This document shows positions 1 through 7,446 of a stretch of DNA of 33,546 bases, piece after piece. A program made the position numbers and the translations under genes. Origin of the DNA: Nanobdellota archaeon. Its GTDB lineage: Archaea; Nanobdellota; Nanobdellia; Woesearchaeales; GW2011-AR9. The DNA lies in NCBI GenBank assembly GCA_018812765.1, contig JAHJDB010000013.1, forward strand, positions 1 through 33,546, given 5' to 3'. The notes below the pieces were generated by a model that was given only the letters and a program-made list of their open reading frames with translations, ran no database searches and had not been told where the DNA came from. Numbering within the stretch: the first letter of the stretch is position 1; each line of letters begins with the position of its first letter.

Positions 1-32
1 AATTTTAGTTATTTTTAATTATTTTAAACAAT

Positions 33-48
33 AATTTTATAAAAGAGC
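33..48 (+). promoter_or_regulatory. Archaeal TATA-type promoter motif (AATTTTATAAAAGAGC) upstream of tRNA-Leu
   Basis: A/T-rich TATA-like box followed by GAGC, ending 33 nt before the tRNA 5' end. Near-identical motifs occur at 1899-1914 and 2727-2742. Confidence 0.5.
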
Positions 49-80
49 TATAGATATTTTCCCTTATTCATCCCATTAAC

Positions 81-218
81 GTGCGCGTGCCGGAGTGGTC
101 AAACGGGATGGACTCAAGGCATTGGAGTGATGAGTGCTCATCAGAGTGCGATGACTAAACTCTTTGTAAGTCATCCATTGGCTTAGTGCCTACGCAGGTT
201 CGAGCCCTGCCGCGCACA
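81..218 (+). tRNA. tRNA-Leu (anticodon CAA), class II, with a 54-nt intron at the canonical 37/38 position
   Basis: Manual cloverleaf. Acceptor 81-87 GTGCGCG pairs with 211-217 CGCGCAC. D-stem 90-92/104-106, with A14 and G18G19. Anticodon stem 108-112 ATGGA / 174-178 TCCAT. Loop CTCAAG+A with CAA at 115-117. Long variable arm 179-193. T-arm GCAGG-TTCGAGC-CCTGC at 194-210. Discriminator A218, no encoded CCA. Confidence 0.85.
119..172 (+). other. tRNA intron with relaxed bulge-helix-bulge geometry
   Basis: Removing 119-172 restores a 7-nt anticodon loop. Central helix 113-116 CTCA vs 167-170 TAAG gives 3 of 4 pairs with one C:A mismatch, flanked by 3-nt bulges 117-119 and 171-173. An internal hairpin lies at 128-143. 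Confidence 0.65.
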
Positions 219-219
219 C

Positions 220-226
220 TTTTTTT
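220..226 (+). terminator. Oligo-T tract (T7) after tRNA-Leu, archaeal-type terminator
   Basis: TTTTTTT begins 2 nt after the discriminator base. Confidence 0.5.
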
Positions 227-247
227 GTTAGTTGTAAAATTTCAGGC

Positions 248-447
248 AATAAACGAGAAATCCTGAAAACCGACTACCCAACGGAGCAAGCTCTGGGGTA
301 TACAAAATGGGAAAGAACATCCCCTTTGTACGCAAAAGGAATCTTTGTTCCTTTTCGCGTTCGCCGGTTTTCTAATCGGATTTCTGGTCATTCCTCGCTA
401 AATACCGCAGCAAGCTGCAGGGTATTAGACCCAGCGAGGAATAAACC
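248..447 (+). repeat. 200-nt structured repeat, copy 1 (unclassified; candidate ncRNA or MITE-like element)
   Basis: Co-linear with 7190-7389 (offset 6942), differing at 5 positions (294, 324, 419, 420, 422). Manual folding gives seven helices. The element begins and ends with AATAAAC. Confidence 0.8.
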
Positions 448-537
448 AGTTTATAGTAAGTGGTCTTAATTTTAGGAAGCAGATTTTAGGAAGTGGATTT
501 CAGGTATATTTTTAAATTCAAAAGAAATACTCTTCTT

Positions 538-1872
538 ATGCCTATCGAAGTATGTTCCATCAGTGGCTTTACTAAAACGGAAGGAAACAGTGTAGCCATT
601 AAGGTTGATGATGAAGTGATTCTTCTAGACATGGGCCTTAGTATGCAGGATTACATCAAATTTACAGAAGATTTGGAAGATGTCAGTTCTAAAACTTATA
701 AATCCCTCTTAAAAGCAAGTGCCGTTCCAGATTATGGATTTATTGAAGATTGGAAAGATAAGGTTATAGCTATCGTTCCCAGCCATGGACATCTTGATCA
801 TGTTGGAGCAATCCCTTTTGCTGCACCCTTATTTCCAAACGCTACAATTGTAGGCACCCCTTACACTATAGAAATCTTAAAAAGTATTCTTAGCGACGAG
901 CATATTGACTTTTCTAATCGCTTAATATCTATGAATCTTAGTTCTTCTTACAAGATTTCTGAAAAGATCACGGTGGAATTTGTAAATGTAACTCATTCTA
1001 TCCCTCAGACAGCCATCGTAATCTTGCACACACCTTATGGGAAAATTATGTATGCTAACGACTTTAAGCTTGATAATCAGCCCGTATTAGGGAAGAAGCC
1101 AGATTATGAAAGATTAAAAAAATTAGGGGAAGAAGGAATCAAATTATTAATCATAAATTGTCTTTATGCTCATTCACATACAAAATGTCCTTCTGAATCA
1201 GTAGCTAGAGAAATGTTAAAGGACACTATGCTGGGAGTTAATAGCAAGGGAAAGGCAATGATCGTAACAACTTTTTCATCGCATCTAGCTAGATTAAAAA
1301 GTATCATTGCCTTAGGAAAACAGCTGAATAGAAAAATTATCTTCTTAGGAAGAAGTTTAGATAAGTACGTAAAAGCAGGAGAGAACATCAACATCATCAA
1401 TTTCAGTAAGGATATTAAGATTTTTAGGCATCGGGACAAAGTAGAAAAAATATTGCATAAAATAGCGAAAGAAGGAAGAGATAAATACCTTATTGTCTGC
1501 ACTGGACATCAAGGCGAACCAAGAGCGATCTTATCTAGGATTACTAAAGGAGAATTAGAGTTTAAGTTCAAGAATGGAGACATAGTGATCTTCAGCTGTC
1601 AAGTAATTCCAGTAGATATTAATCGTGAAAACAGAGAAAAGTTAGAAAAAACACTGCGGAAAGATGGTGTCCGTATCTTTAAAGATGTACACGTTTCAGG
1701 CCATGGGGCCCGAGAAGATCATCGGGATCTGATTGAAATGGTTACTCCAGATCATATCATGCCTATTCACGCCGAACCTGAAAAAGGCAAGATGATGGCT
1801 GAACTAGCTGCTTCTTTAGGTTATAAAAATACCCACGTTATGCAGGATGGGAAAAGGCTAGTTCTTAAATAA
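538..1872 (+). CDS. rnj: Archaeal RNase J (metallo-beta-lactamase / beta-CASP ribonuclease)
   Basis: SHGHLDHVGAIP (HxHxDH) and THSIPQTAIVILHTPYGKIMYANDFKLD match RNase J signatures. C-terminal HVSGH and PIHAEP are also present. Start moved to ATG 538 (MPIEV...) because a TATA-like TATATTTTTAAA at ~505-516 implies a leaderless mRNA; the track ORF begins at a GTG at 493. Confidence 0.8.
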   Translation: MPIEVCSISGFTKTEGNSVAIKVDDEVILLDMGLSMQDYIKFTEDLEDVSSKTYKSLLKASAVPDYGFIEDWKDKVIAIVPSHGHLDHVGAIPFAAPLFPNATIVGTPYTIEILKSILSDEHIDFSNRLISMNLSSSYKISEKITVEFVNVTHSIPQTAIVILHTPYGKIMYANDFKLDNQPVLGKKPDYERLKKLGEEGIKLLIINCLYAHSHTKCPSESVAREMLKDTMLGVNSKGKAMIVTTFSSHLARLKSIIALGKQLNRKIIFLGRSLDKYVKAGENINIINFSKDIKIFRHRDKVEKILHKIAKEGRDKYLIVCTGHQGEPRAILSRITKGELEFKFKNGDIVIFSCQVIPVDINRENREKLEKTLRKDGVRIFKDVHVSGHGAREDHRDLIEMVTPDHIMPIHAEPEKGKMMAELAASLGYKNTHVMQDGKRLVLK

Positions 1873-1898
1873 GTTTATTAATACTACTTCATAACAAC

Positions 1899-1914
1899 AA
1901 ATTTTATAAAGAGC
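1899..1914 (+). promoter_or_regulatory. Promoter motif AAATTTTATAAAGAGC upstream of the PCNA gene
   Basis: Same motif as 33-48. It ends 30 nt before ATG 1944, and an SD-like GAGGGGT lies at 1933-1939. Confidence 0.5.
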
Positions 1915-1943
1915 TGTTTGTTGGAACATTCTGAGGGGTAATC

Positions 1944-2690
1944 ATGAAACTAGTCTTAGCTGAACCAAAATATTTTAAAGATAGCATCTCAATAATTTCT
2001 GAACTCGTTACAGAAGCAAAATTCAAGGCTACTAGCATAGGCTTAGAGATGGTAGCAATGGATCCTGCTAACGTAGCAATGGTAGTCTTTAAGCTATTAA
2101 GTAGCAGTTTCACTGAATACCAAGTAGAGGGCTCTGAGGAGATTTCTATTAATTTAAATAATCTAAAACAAATCTTACGAAGGATTAAGGGAGATGATAT
2201 CCTGACCTTAGAGACTACTGAAGATAATAAATTAAAAATAGTGATGAAAAGCAATACAACCAGATCCTTTTCTATTCCTACCTTAGAGATAGAAGATAAA
2301 GAACAAAAAGTTCCAGAATTAACTTTTCCCATAATGATTGAGACTTATTCAGAAGTTTTAAGTGAAGCGATAGAAGACGTCAGCGTAGTGGCGGAATCGG
2401 TAACTTTCTTGGGAGAAAAAAACCAGCTTTCTGTCAAGGCAGAAGGAGATCTTTCTAAAGCGTTTATTGAAATAAAGCCTAATGAAGGAACTTCTATAAA
2501 AGCTGAGACAGACGATAAGTTCAAGGCAAAATATTCCTTAGAATATCTCAAGAAAATGATCGCTGGTGGAAAGCTTTCTGAAAAAGGGTCTTTATATTTC
2601 AATACGGATTATCCTATGAAACTAGAATATAAAGTAAAGGACAAATTGCTGTTAAGTTTTATTCTTGCTCCAAGAGTAGATAACGATTAA
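1944..2690 (+). CDS. pcn: DNA polymerase sliding clamp PCNA
   Basis: 248 aa, with the typical archaeal PCNA length and sequence pattern (MKLVLAEPKYFKDSISIISELV...AMDPANVAMV...LEYKV...FILAPRV). Confidence 0.85.
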   Translation: MKLVLAEPKYFKDSISIISELVTEAKFKATSIGLEMVAMDPANVAMVVFKLLSSSFTEYQVEGSEEISINLNNLKQILRRIKGDDILTLETTEDNKLKIVMKSNTTRSFSIPTLEIEDKEQKVPELTFPIMIETYSEVLSEAIEDVSVVAESVTFLGEKNQLSVKAEGDLSKAFIEIKPNEGTSIKAETDDKFKAKYSLEYLKKMIAGGKLSEKGSLYFNTDYPMKLEYKVKDKLLLSFILAPRVDND

Positions 2691-2726
2691 TTTTCTGTTT
2701 TCTTTTATCACTATTTTTTCTCATTA

Positions 2727-2742
2727 AATTTTTAAAAGAGCT
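2727..2742 (+). promoter_or_regulatory. Promoter motif AAATTTTTAAAAGAGC upstream of the U32 gene
   Basis: Third copy of the TATA+GAGC motif. It ends 25 nt before ATG 2767, implying a leaderless or very short leader. Confidence 0.45.
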
Positions 2743-2766
2743 ATTAAATTAGATGTATTGTTGAAA

Positions 2767-4002
2767 ATGGATAATAAAACTGTAGAAATCATGGCTCCAG
2801 CAGGAAACTTTGAATCATTAAGAGCGGCGATCAAAGCAAGGGCTAATTCTGTTTATTTTGGTGTTGGGCAATTAAACATGCGGGCTAGAGCGGCTAATAA
2901 CTTTTCAATTGATGACCTGAAAGAGATTGTAACCATCTGTAAAGAACATGAAGTTAAGACCTATCTTACCCTTAACATAGTCCTTTATGATGAAGACCTT
3001 GCTTCCATGAAAAAGATCTGCCAAGAAGCAAAAAAATCAGGAGTTACGGCAGTAATCGCTTCTGATCTGGCAGCCATACAATATGCTCATTCGATCGGTC
3101 TAGAGGTGCACCTCTCTACCCAAGCAAATATCAGCAATATTGAAGCGGTAAGATTCTATGCTCAATTTGCAGATGTAGTAATACTAGCAAGAGAACTTAA
3201 CCTTGAACAGATCAAGACAATTGTCAAAGAAATTGAAACCCAAGACCTCAGAGGCCCTAAAGGGAACTTGATAGAGATAGAATTATTTATACATGGGGCT
3301 TTATGCGTATCAATCTCGGGGAAATGTTACATGAGCCTAGCATCTTACAATTTCTCTGCCAACCGGGGAGAATGTCTGCAATCCTGCCGAAGAGCTTATA
3401 GAATTATTGATGAAGAAACAGGAGACGAATTAAAGATAGAAAATAAATATGTCATGTCTCCGAAAGATCTTTGTACCATCTCCGTCTTAGATCAGTTATT
3501 AGATACAGGAATAAAAATTCTTAAGATCGAAGGGAGAGGAAGATCGCCAGAATATGTTTATACGGTTGTGAAAACTTACCGAGAGGCGGTTGATAAATAT
3601 CTTGCCGGAACTTATAACCAGAAGAAAGTTAAAGGGTGGGTGAAAGAATTGGAAACTGTATTCAACCGAGGATTCTGGCAAGGTGGTTACTATTTAGGAA
3701 ATAAGCTTGGAGAATGGTCCGGCACTTATGGTTCAAAAGCGACCAAGAAAAAAATACAAGTAGGAATCGTAAAAAATTATTTCAGTAAAAAAGGGGTGGG
3801 AGAATTTCAGATTGAAGCAGGAGAGATAAAAGTAGGTGACGAAATCTCAATCACCGGGCCAACCACAGGAGTAATAATTATAAAAGTTGAAAGTATTTTT
3901 TTAAATGAAAGAAGTGTTGGTTTGGCAAAAAAAGGAGTTAGGATCACTATTCCAGTTCCAGAAAAAATAAGGCCTAACGATAAACTATTTGTTTTAGTTT
4001 AG
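2767..4002 (+). CDS. Peptidase U32 family protein (Fe-S type; possibly an RNA/quinone hydroxylase-like member)
   Basis: N-terminal MAPAGN...LRAAI..ANSVYFG and KIEGR are typical of U32. A four-Cys cluster C-x6-C-x15-C-x3-C is encoded at 3304-3387. Start placed at ATG 2767; the track starts at a TTG at 2758. Confidence 0.75.
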   Translation: MDNKTVEIMAPAGNFESLRAAIKARANSVYFGVGQLNMRARAANNFSIDDLKEIVTICKEHEVKTYLTLNIVLYDEDLASMKKICQEAKKSGVTAVIASDLAAIQYAHSIGLEVHLSTQANISNIEAVRFYAQFADVVILARELNLEQIKTIVKEIETQDLRGPKGNLIEIELFIHGALCVSISGKCYMSLASYNFSANRGECLQSCRRAYRIIDEETGDELKIENKYVMSPKDLCTISVLDQLLDTGIKILKIEGRGRSPEYVYTVVKTYREAVDKYLAGTYNQKKVKGWVKELETVFNRGFWQGGYYLGNKLGEWSGTYGSKATKKKIQVGIVKNYFSKKGVGEFQIEAGEIKVGDEISITGPTTGVIIIKVESIFLNERSVGLAKKGVRITIPVPEKIRPNDKLFVLV

Positions 4003-4085
4003 AATTGCCATCAATAATATTGGTATCTGAAAGTAAATTCCAGAAGTCCGGAAATCTTATAAATGAAGAAAAGAGGAGACAATTT

Positions 4086-5720
4086 ATGTCTAAAAAAAAT
4101 CCTTCAGATATTAAATTTATCATCGTTACAGGGGGAGTTCTTTCTGGTTTAGGAAAAGGGGTGGCTGCCGCTTCCATCGGAAGATTACTTTCTTCTAACC
4201 TTAACCTTGTACCCATGAAATTAGACGGTTACTTGAATGTGGATCCGGGCACGATGAACCCTATCGAACATGGAGAAGTTTTTGTCTTAGATGACGGCGG
4301 GGAAGTAGACATGGACTTTGGACATTATGAAAGATTTCTTGATACTACCTGTAAGTTTGAATGGAACCTGACCATGGGAAAAGTGTTTTCAGAGATTAGG
4401 GAAAAAGAAAGGAGGGGAGATTTCTTAGGAAAGACCGTGCAGTATATTCCTCATGTTACAGATCTGATCAAAAAGAAATTCTTTGAAGTAGCAAAAAAAG
4501 AAGAAGCGGACGTGATGTTGATAGAAGTAGGTGGAACCGTCGGAGATTTAGAGAATGAACTTTATCTAGAAGCGGTAAGACAGTTGAAAAAAGATGCTGG
4601 CGAAAATAATGTCCTTTATGTTCATTTGACTTATATTCCGGTTCCTTACGGAGTTAACGAACAAAAAACTAAGCCCACCCAACAGAGTGTGAAGATGTTA
4701 AGGGAAAGGGGAATCCAGCCGGATGTAATCATCGGAAGGTCAGGAGAATTGCTCAGCGAGAAATCAAAAGAAAAAATAGCCATGTTTTCTGGGGTAGATG
4801 AAAAAGCAGTCATCAGCGGAGTCGACGTTGATAGTGTCTACAAGATTCCTTTAATCTTTGATAAAGAAGGATTAAGTGAAATTCTCCATAAAAAATTACA
4901 GATCTATAGTCCTCCTCAGTTAGACTGTTGGAAAAATTTAGTGGAAAATCTTGATAACCTCGAAAACAAGATTACAACGGCAATCTGCGGTAAATATACT
5001 GCTTTAGAAGATAGTTACGCCAGCATCAACGAAGCTTTAAAGCATTGCAGCGCTCATCTAAAAACAGCTATCAAGCTAAAATTTATCGATACAGCCAAGA
5101 TAGAAAAAGGGAAGTTATCATTAGAAAAAGCTCTCAAAGATGTTGATAGTGTCATCATTCCGGGGGGATTTGGGGATCGAGGAATAGAAGGAAAAATTGA
5201 AGTGATCAAATATTGCCGGGAAAATAATTTGCCTTTCTTAGGGATCTGTTTAGGGATGCAATTAGCAGTAGTTGAATATGCCCGAAATGTTTGCGGCCTT
5301 GAAAATGCTAATAGTACTGAGATTGACCCACACACACCACATCCAGTGATCGATTTTCTGCCAGGACAAAGCGATATCCAAAACAAAGGCGGAACCATGA
5401 GACTAGGCGCTTATGAAGCCCTGCTTAAAGAAGGAAGTTTAGCAAAAAAGCTTTATGGTTCTGAAAGAGTCTCTGAAAGGCACCGGCATAGGTACGAGAT
5501 TAATCCGCAATATCATCAAACTTTACAAGAGCAAGGATTGAGCCTTTCTGGTCTTTCTCCAGATGGAAAATTAGCAGAATTTGTAGAATTGCCTGTGCAT
5601 CCTTACTTTATTGCAACTCAAGCACATCCAGAATTAAAAAGTAAATTGACCTCTCCAGCTCCTTTGTTTCTAGGGTTGGTGAAAGCGGCTATTGAAAAGA
5701 GAATTAAAACCAAAGATTAG
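4086..5720 (+). CDS. pyrG: CTP synthase
   Basis: FIIVTGGVLSGLGKG N-terminus and GATase domain with GICLGMQ and HRHRYE. Start placed at ATG 4086, preceded by GGAG at 4075-4078; the track starts at a TTG at 4005. Confidence 0.92.
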   Translation: MSKKNPSDIKFIIVTGGVLSGLGKGVAAASIGRLLSSNLNLVPMKLDGYLNVDPGTMNPIEHGEVFVLDDGGEVDMDFGHYERFLDTTCKFEWNLTMGKVFSEIREKERRGDFLGKTVQYIPHVTDLIKKKFFEVAKKEEADVMLIEVGGTVGDLENELYLEAVRQLKKDAGENNVLYVHLTYIPVPYGVNEQKTKPTQQSVKMLRERGIQPDVIIGRSGELLSEKSKEKIAMFSGVDEKAVISGVDVDSVYKIPLIFDKEGLSEILHKKLQIYSPPQLDCWKNLVENLDNLENKITTAICGKYTALEDSYASINEALKHCSAHLKTAIKLKFIDTAKIEKGKLSLEKALKDVDSVIIPGGFGDRGIEGKIEVIKYCRENNLPFLGICLGMQLAVVEYARNVCGLENANSTEIDPHTPHPVIDFLPGQSDIQNKGGTMRLGAYEALLKEGSLAKKLYGSERVSERHRHRYEINPQYHQTLQEQGLSLSGLSPDGKLAEFVELPVHPYFIATQAHPELKSKLTSPAPLFLGLVKAAIEKRIKTKD

Positions 5721-5751
5721 AAAAAAGTTGAAAAAAATAAAAGATTTGTAT

Positions 5752-7122
5752 TTAATAATTTTTCTCAAGATGGTCCACCAGACTTTTATAATCTAGCATC
5801 TTAAATTTGTAAGATTCTTCTTTTGAATCAGACAACACGATGGTACTAGATTCTGGCCTGGAAGAATCAATAATGATTTTATATGCTTCTTCATAAGTAA
5901 AATTATGGTTGTGTTTCTTGCCATAATCAACAACAACAGCTAAAGCAGCCGCTACAAACGGACCACTAAAAGATGTCCCGCTCCAAAACTGGTTTTCGCT
6001 GGCGCTTTTAGTAGAATAAACAAAATGTCCTGGAGCAAAGACCGGAGCATCAAGATCAGAAAAATCAGCAATTTCTCCTCTAATAGTAGTAGCTCCAACG
6101 CTAATTACGTAAGGGCTGCCACAAGGAAGTTGTTCTGGATCCATCTTGTGAGTATAATAACTGTCATTTCCTGAAGAAGCTTCAATAAGGATGCCTTTTT
6201 TAGCGACTCTTTCCAGAGCCTCACCTAAAACTTTGTTGGCGTCATTCCAGGACATACCTTCCACCTCCTTTGGTTCAGAAAGGCCCCAGCTGTTATTAAG
6301 TACATCCAGATTATCGGCTATTGCCTGATCAAATCCTTCTAAGATATTAGTAAGAGAATTGAAACCTTCTAAATCATGGATTTTATAGACAAAAATTTCC
6401 GCCTCGGGAACAACCTTGTTGATTATGCCTGTAACAAATGTTCCATGACCAAAATCATCGTAAACTTTCTTCTGATTGTAAACGAAATCATGAAATCCTT
6501 TAATCTGGCTTTTAAATTGAGTCACTTCTGGATCTACACCAGTGTCAAGAACACCTATCCTGACTCCTTTTCCAGTGAGACCTTTCGATTTTGGAGCCTC
6601 AGCATGAGTAACTCGATGAGCCCAATAATCTTTCATCTCTGGAACGGGATCCTGGTCATCATCTTTTGCATAAAAGAAAGTTGGAAATTTTCTCTTTTCC
6701 GGATTAGAGCCCCCATGACGAACATAACACTTTAATTTCCCTTCTGTGACTAATTTATCGAGAGTAAAACTACAGGCATTTACTCGAGAAGCTTCCAAAT
6801 AATCAAAATCTTGGACTAAATTCAAAGAGTTATTTTGGAGATTAGAAAGAGAAGTAAATATTTTCTTTGAATCTTGTCCTTCAGCGGCAAAGGTAAGATA
6901 ATCTTTTTTCTCGCAATTTTGAAGAATCTCTTCTTCAATTTTAGAGCTAATCCTTTCTACTACTTCCTTGATACCTTTTTTCGCTGACAAAGGATAATCT
7001 GAAGAAGCTTTATTTTTATTCTTTGACTGAGTTTCAACCGTAAGAGGGATTAAGGTAAGATATGCTGCTGCCGCTCCACCTAATATTGAAGTCAAAACCA
7101 AACCTGTTTTTTTAATAATCAT
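5752..7122 (-). CDS. Secreted or membrane-anchored subtilisin-like serine protease (S8 family)
   Basis: Catalytic triad motifs VLDTGVD, HGTFVTG and GTSFSGPFVAA. N-terminal hydrophobic segment. Perfect SD AGGTGAT (reverse complement of 7127-7133) lies 4 nt upstream of the ATG. Confidence 0.85.
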   Translation of the reverse strand: MIIKKTGLVLTSILGGAAAAYLTLIPLTVETQSKNKNKASSDYPLSAKKGIKEVVERISSKIEEEILQNCEKKDYLTFAAEGQDSKKIFTSLSNLQNNSLNLVQDFDYLEASRVNACSFTLDKLVTEGKLKCYVRHGGSNPEKRKFPTFFYAKDDDQDPVPEMKDYWAHRVTHAEAPKSKGLTGKGVRIGVLDTGVDPEVTQFKSQIKGFHDFVYNQKKVYDDFGHGTFVTGIINKVVPEAEIFVYKIHDLEGFNSLTNILEGFDQAIADNLDVLNNSWGLSEPKEVEGMSWNDANKVLGEALERVAKKGILIEASSGNDSYYTHKMDPEQLPCGSPYVISVGATTIRGEIADFSDLDAPVFAPGHFVYSTKSASENQFWSGTSFSGPFVAAALAVVVDYGKKHNHNFTYEEAYKIIIDSSRPESSTIVLSDSKEESYKFKMLDYKSLVDHLEKNY

Positions 7123-7189
7123 TTAAATCACCTTTATTGAAGAACAGTTTTAAATTATTTAAATAATTATGTTATATACAGTATAAAAA

Positions 7190-7389
7190 AATAAACGAGA
7201 AATCCTGAAAACCGACTACCCAACGGAGCAAGCTCCGGGGTATACAAAATGGGAAAGAACATCCCATTTGTACGCAAAAGGAATCTTTGTTCCTTTTCGC
7301 GTTCGCCGGTTTTCTAATCGGATTTCTGGTCATTCCTCGCTAAATACCGCAGCAAGCTGCGAGATATTAGACCCAGCGAGGAATAAACC
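7190..7389 (+). repeat. 200-nt structured repeat, copy 2
   Basis: 195/200 identical to 248-447, in the same orientation. It lies between the start of the S8 protease gene and the stop of ribL, both on the minus strand. Confidence 0.8.
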
Positions 7390-7446
7390 TTCTGTTTTTA
7401 AGAAATGTAACAATATTTAAGCAACGGAAATTGATGTCTTTAAAAT

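Noticed and set aside
127-156. Possible C/D-box sRNA inside the tRNA-Leu intron (GTGATGA at 127-133, CGATGA at 149-154).
   Set aside because: No CTGA D or D' boxes occur anywhere in the intron, so the box set is incomplete. The GATGA strings are better explained as arms of intron hairpins.
307-375. 22-aa micro-ORF (MGKNIPFVRKRNLCSFSRSPVF) inside the repeat. The C324A difference is synonymous in this frame.
   Set aside because: There is only a single informative substitution and no SD or promoter context. The segment is fully accounted for by two predicted hairpins, so coding is possible but unsupported.
468-504. Short direct repeats ATTTTAGGAAG x2 (469-479, 483-493) and ATTTCAGG (240-247, 497-504) around repeat copy 1, considered as possible target-site duplications.
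   Set aside because: They do not abut the element ends and are absent around copy 2. They are more likely promoter-region sequence for rnj.
1170-1502. Antisense ORFs in the track that lie inside well-supported genes: 1170-1502, 1904-2332, 2345-2602, 3499-3681, 3974-4216, 5054-5398, 6376-6735, 13035-13223, 13284-13475, 13563-13745, 16114-16347, 17073-17415, 17595-18027, 19465-19722, 21178-21477, 22303-22591, 23653-23841, 25859-26713 and 27236-27442.
   Set aside because: Each lies opposite a gene with clear family motifs. Their translations are low-complexity (L/S/F/I/K-rich) with no recognisable motifs, as expected for shadow ORFs in AT-rich DNA.
4005-4085. N-terminal extensions of track ORFs that start at TTG/GTG (493-537, 2758-2766, 4005-4085, 14393-14542, 20109-20183, 21698-21706).
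   Set aside because: Downstream ATGs coincide with family-typical N-termini and with SD or TATA spacing. The extensions overlap upstream genes or promoters and add no conserved sequence.
248-7389. Integrated element at tRNA-Leu, bounded by the 200-nt direct repeats acting as att sites.
   Set aside because: The enclosed genes are core housekeeping genes (rnj, pcn, pyrG). There is no integrase or viral/plasmid gene, and the repeat does not overlap the tRNA 3' end.
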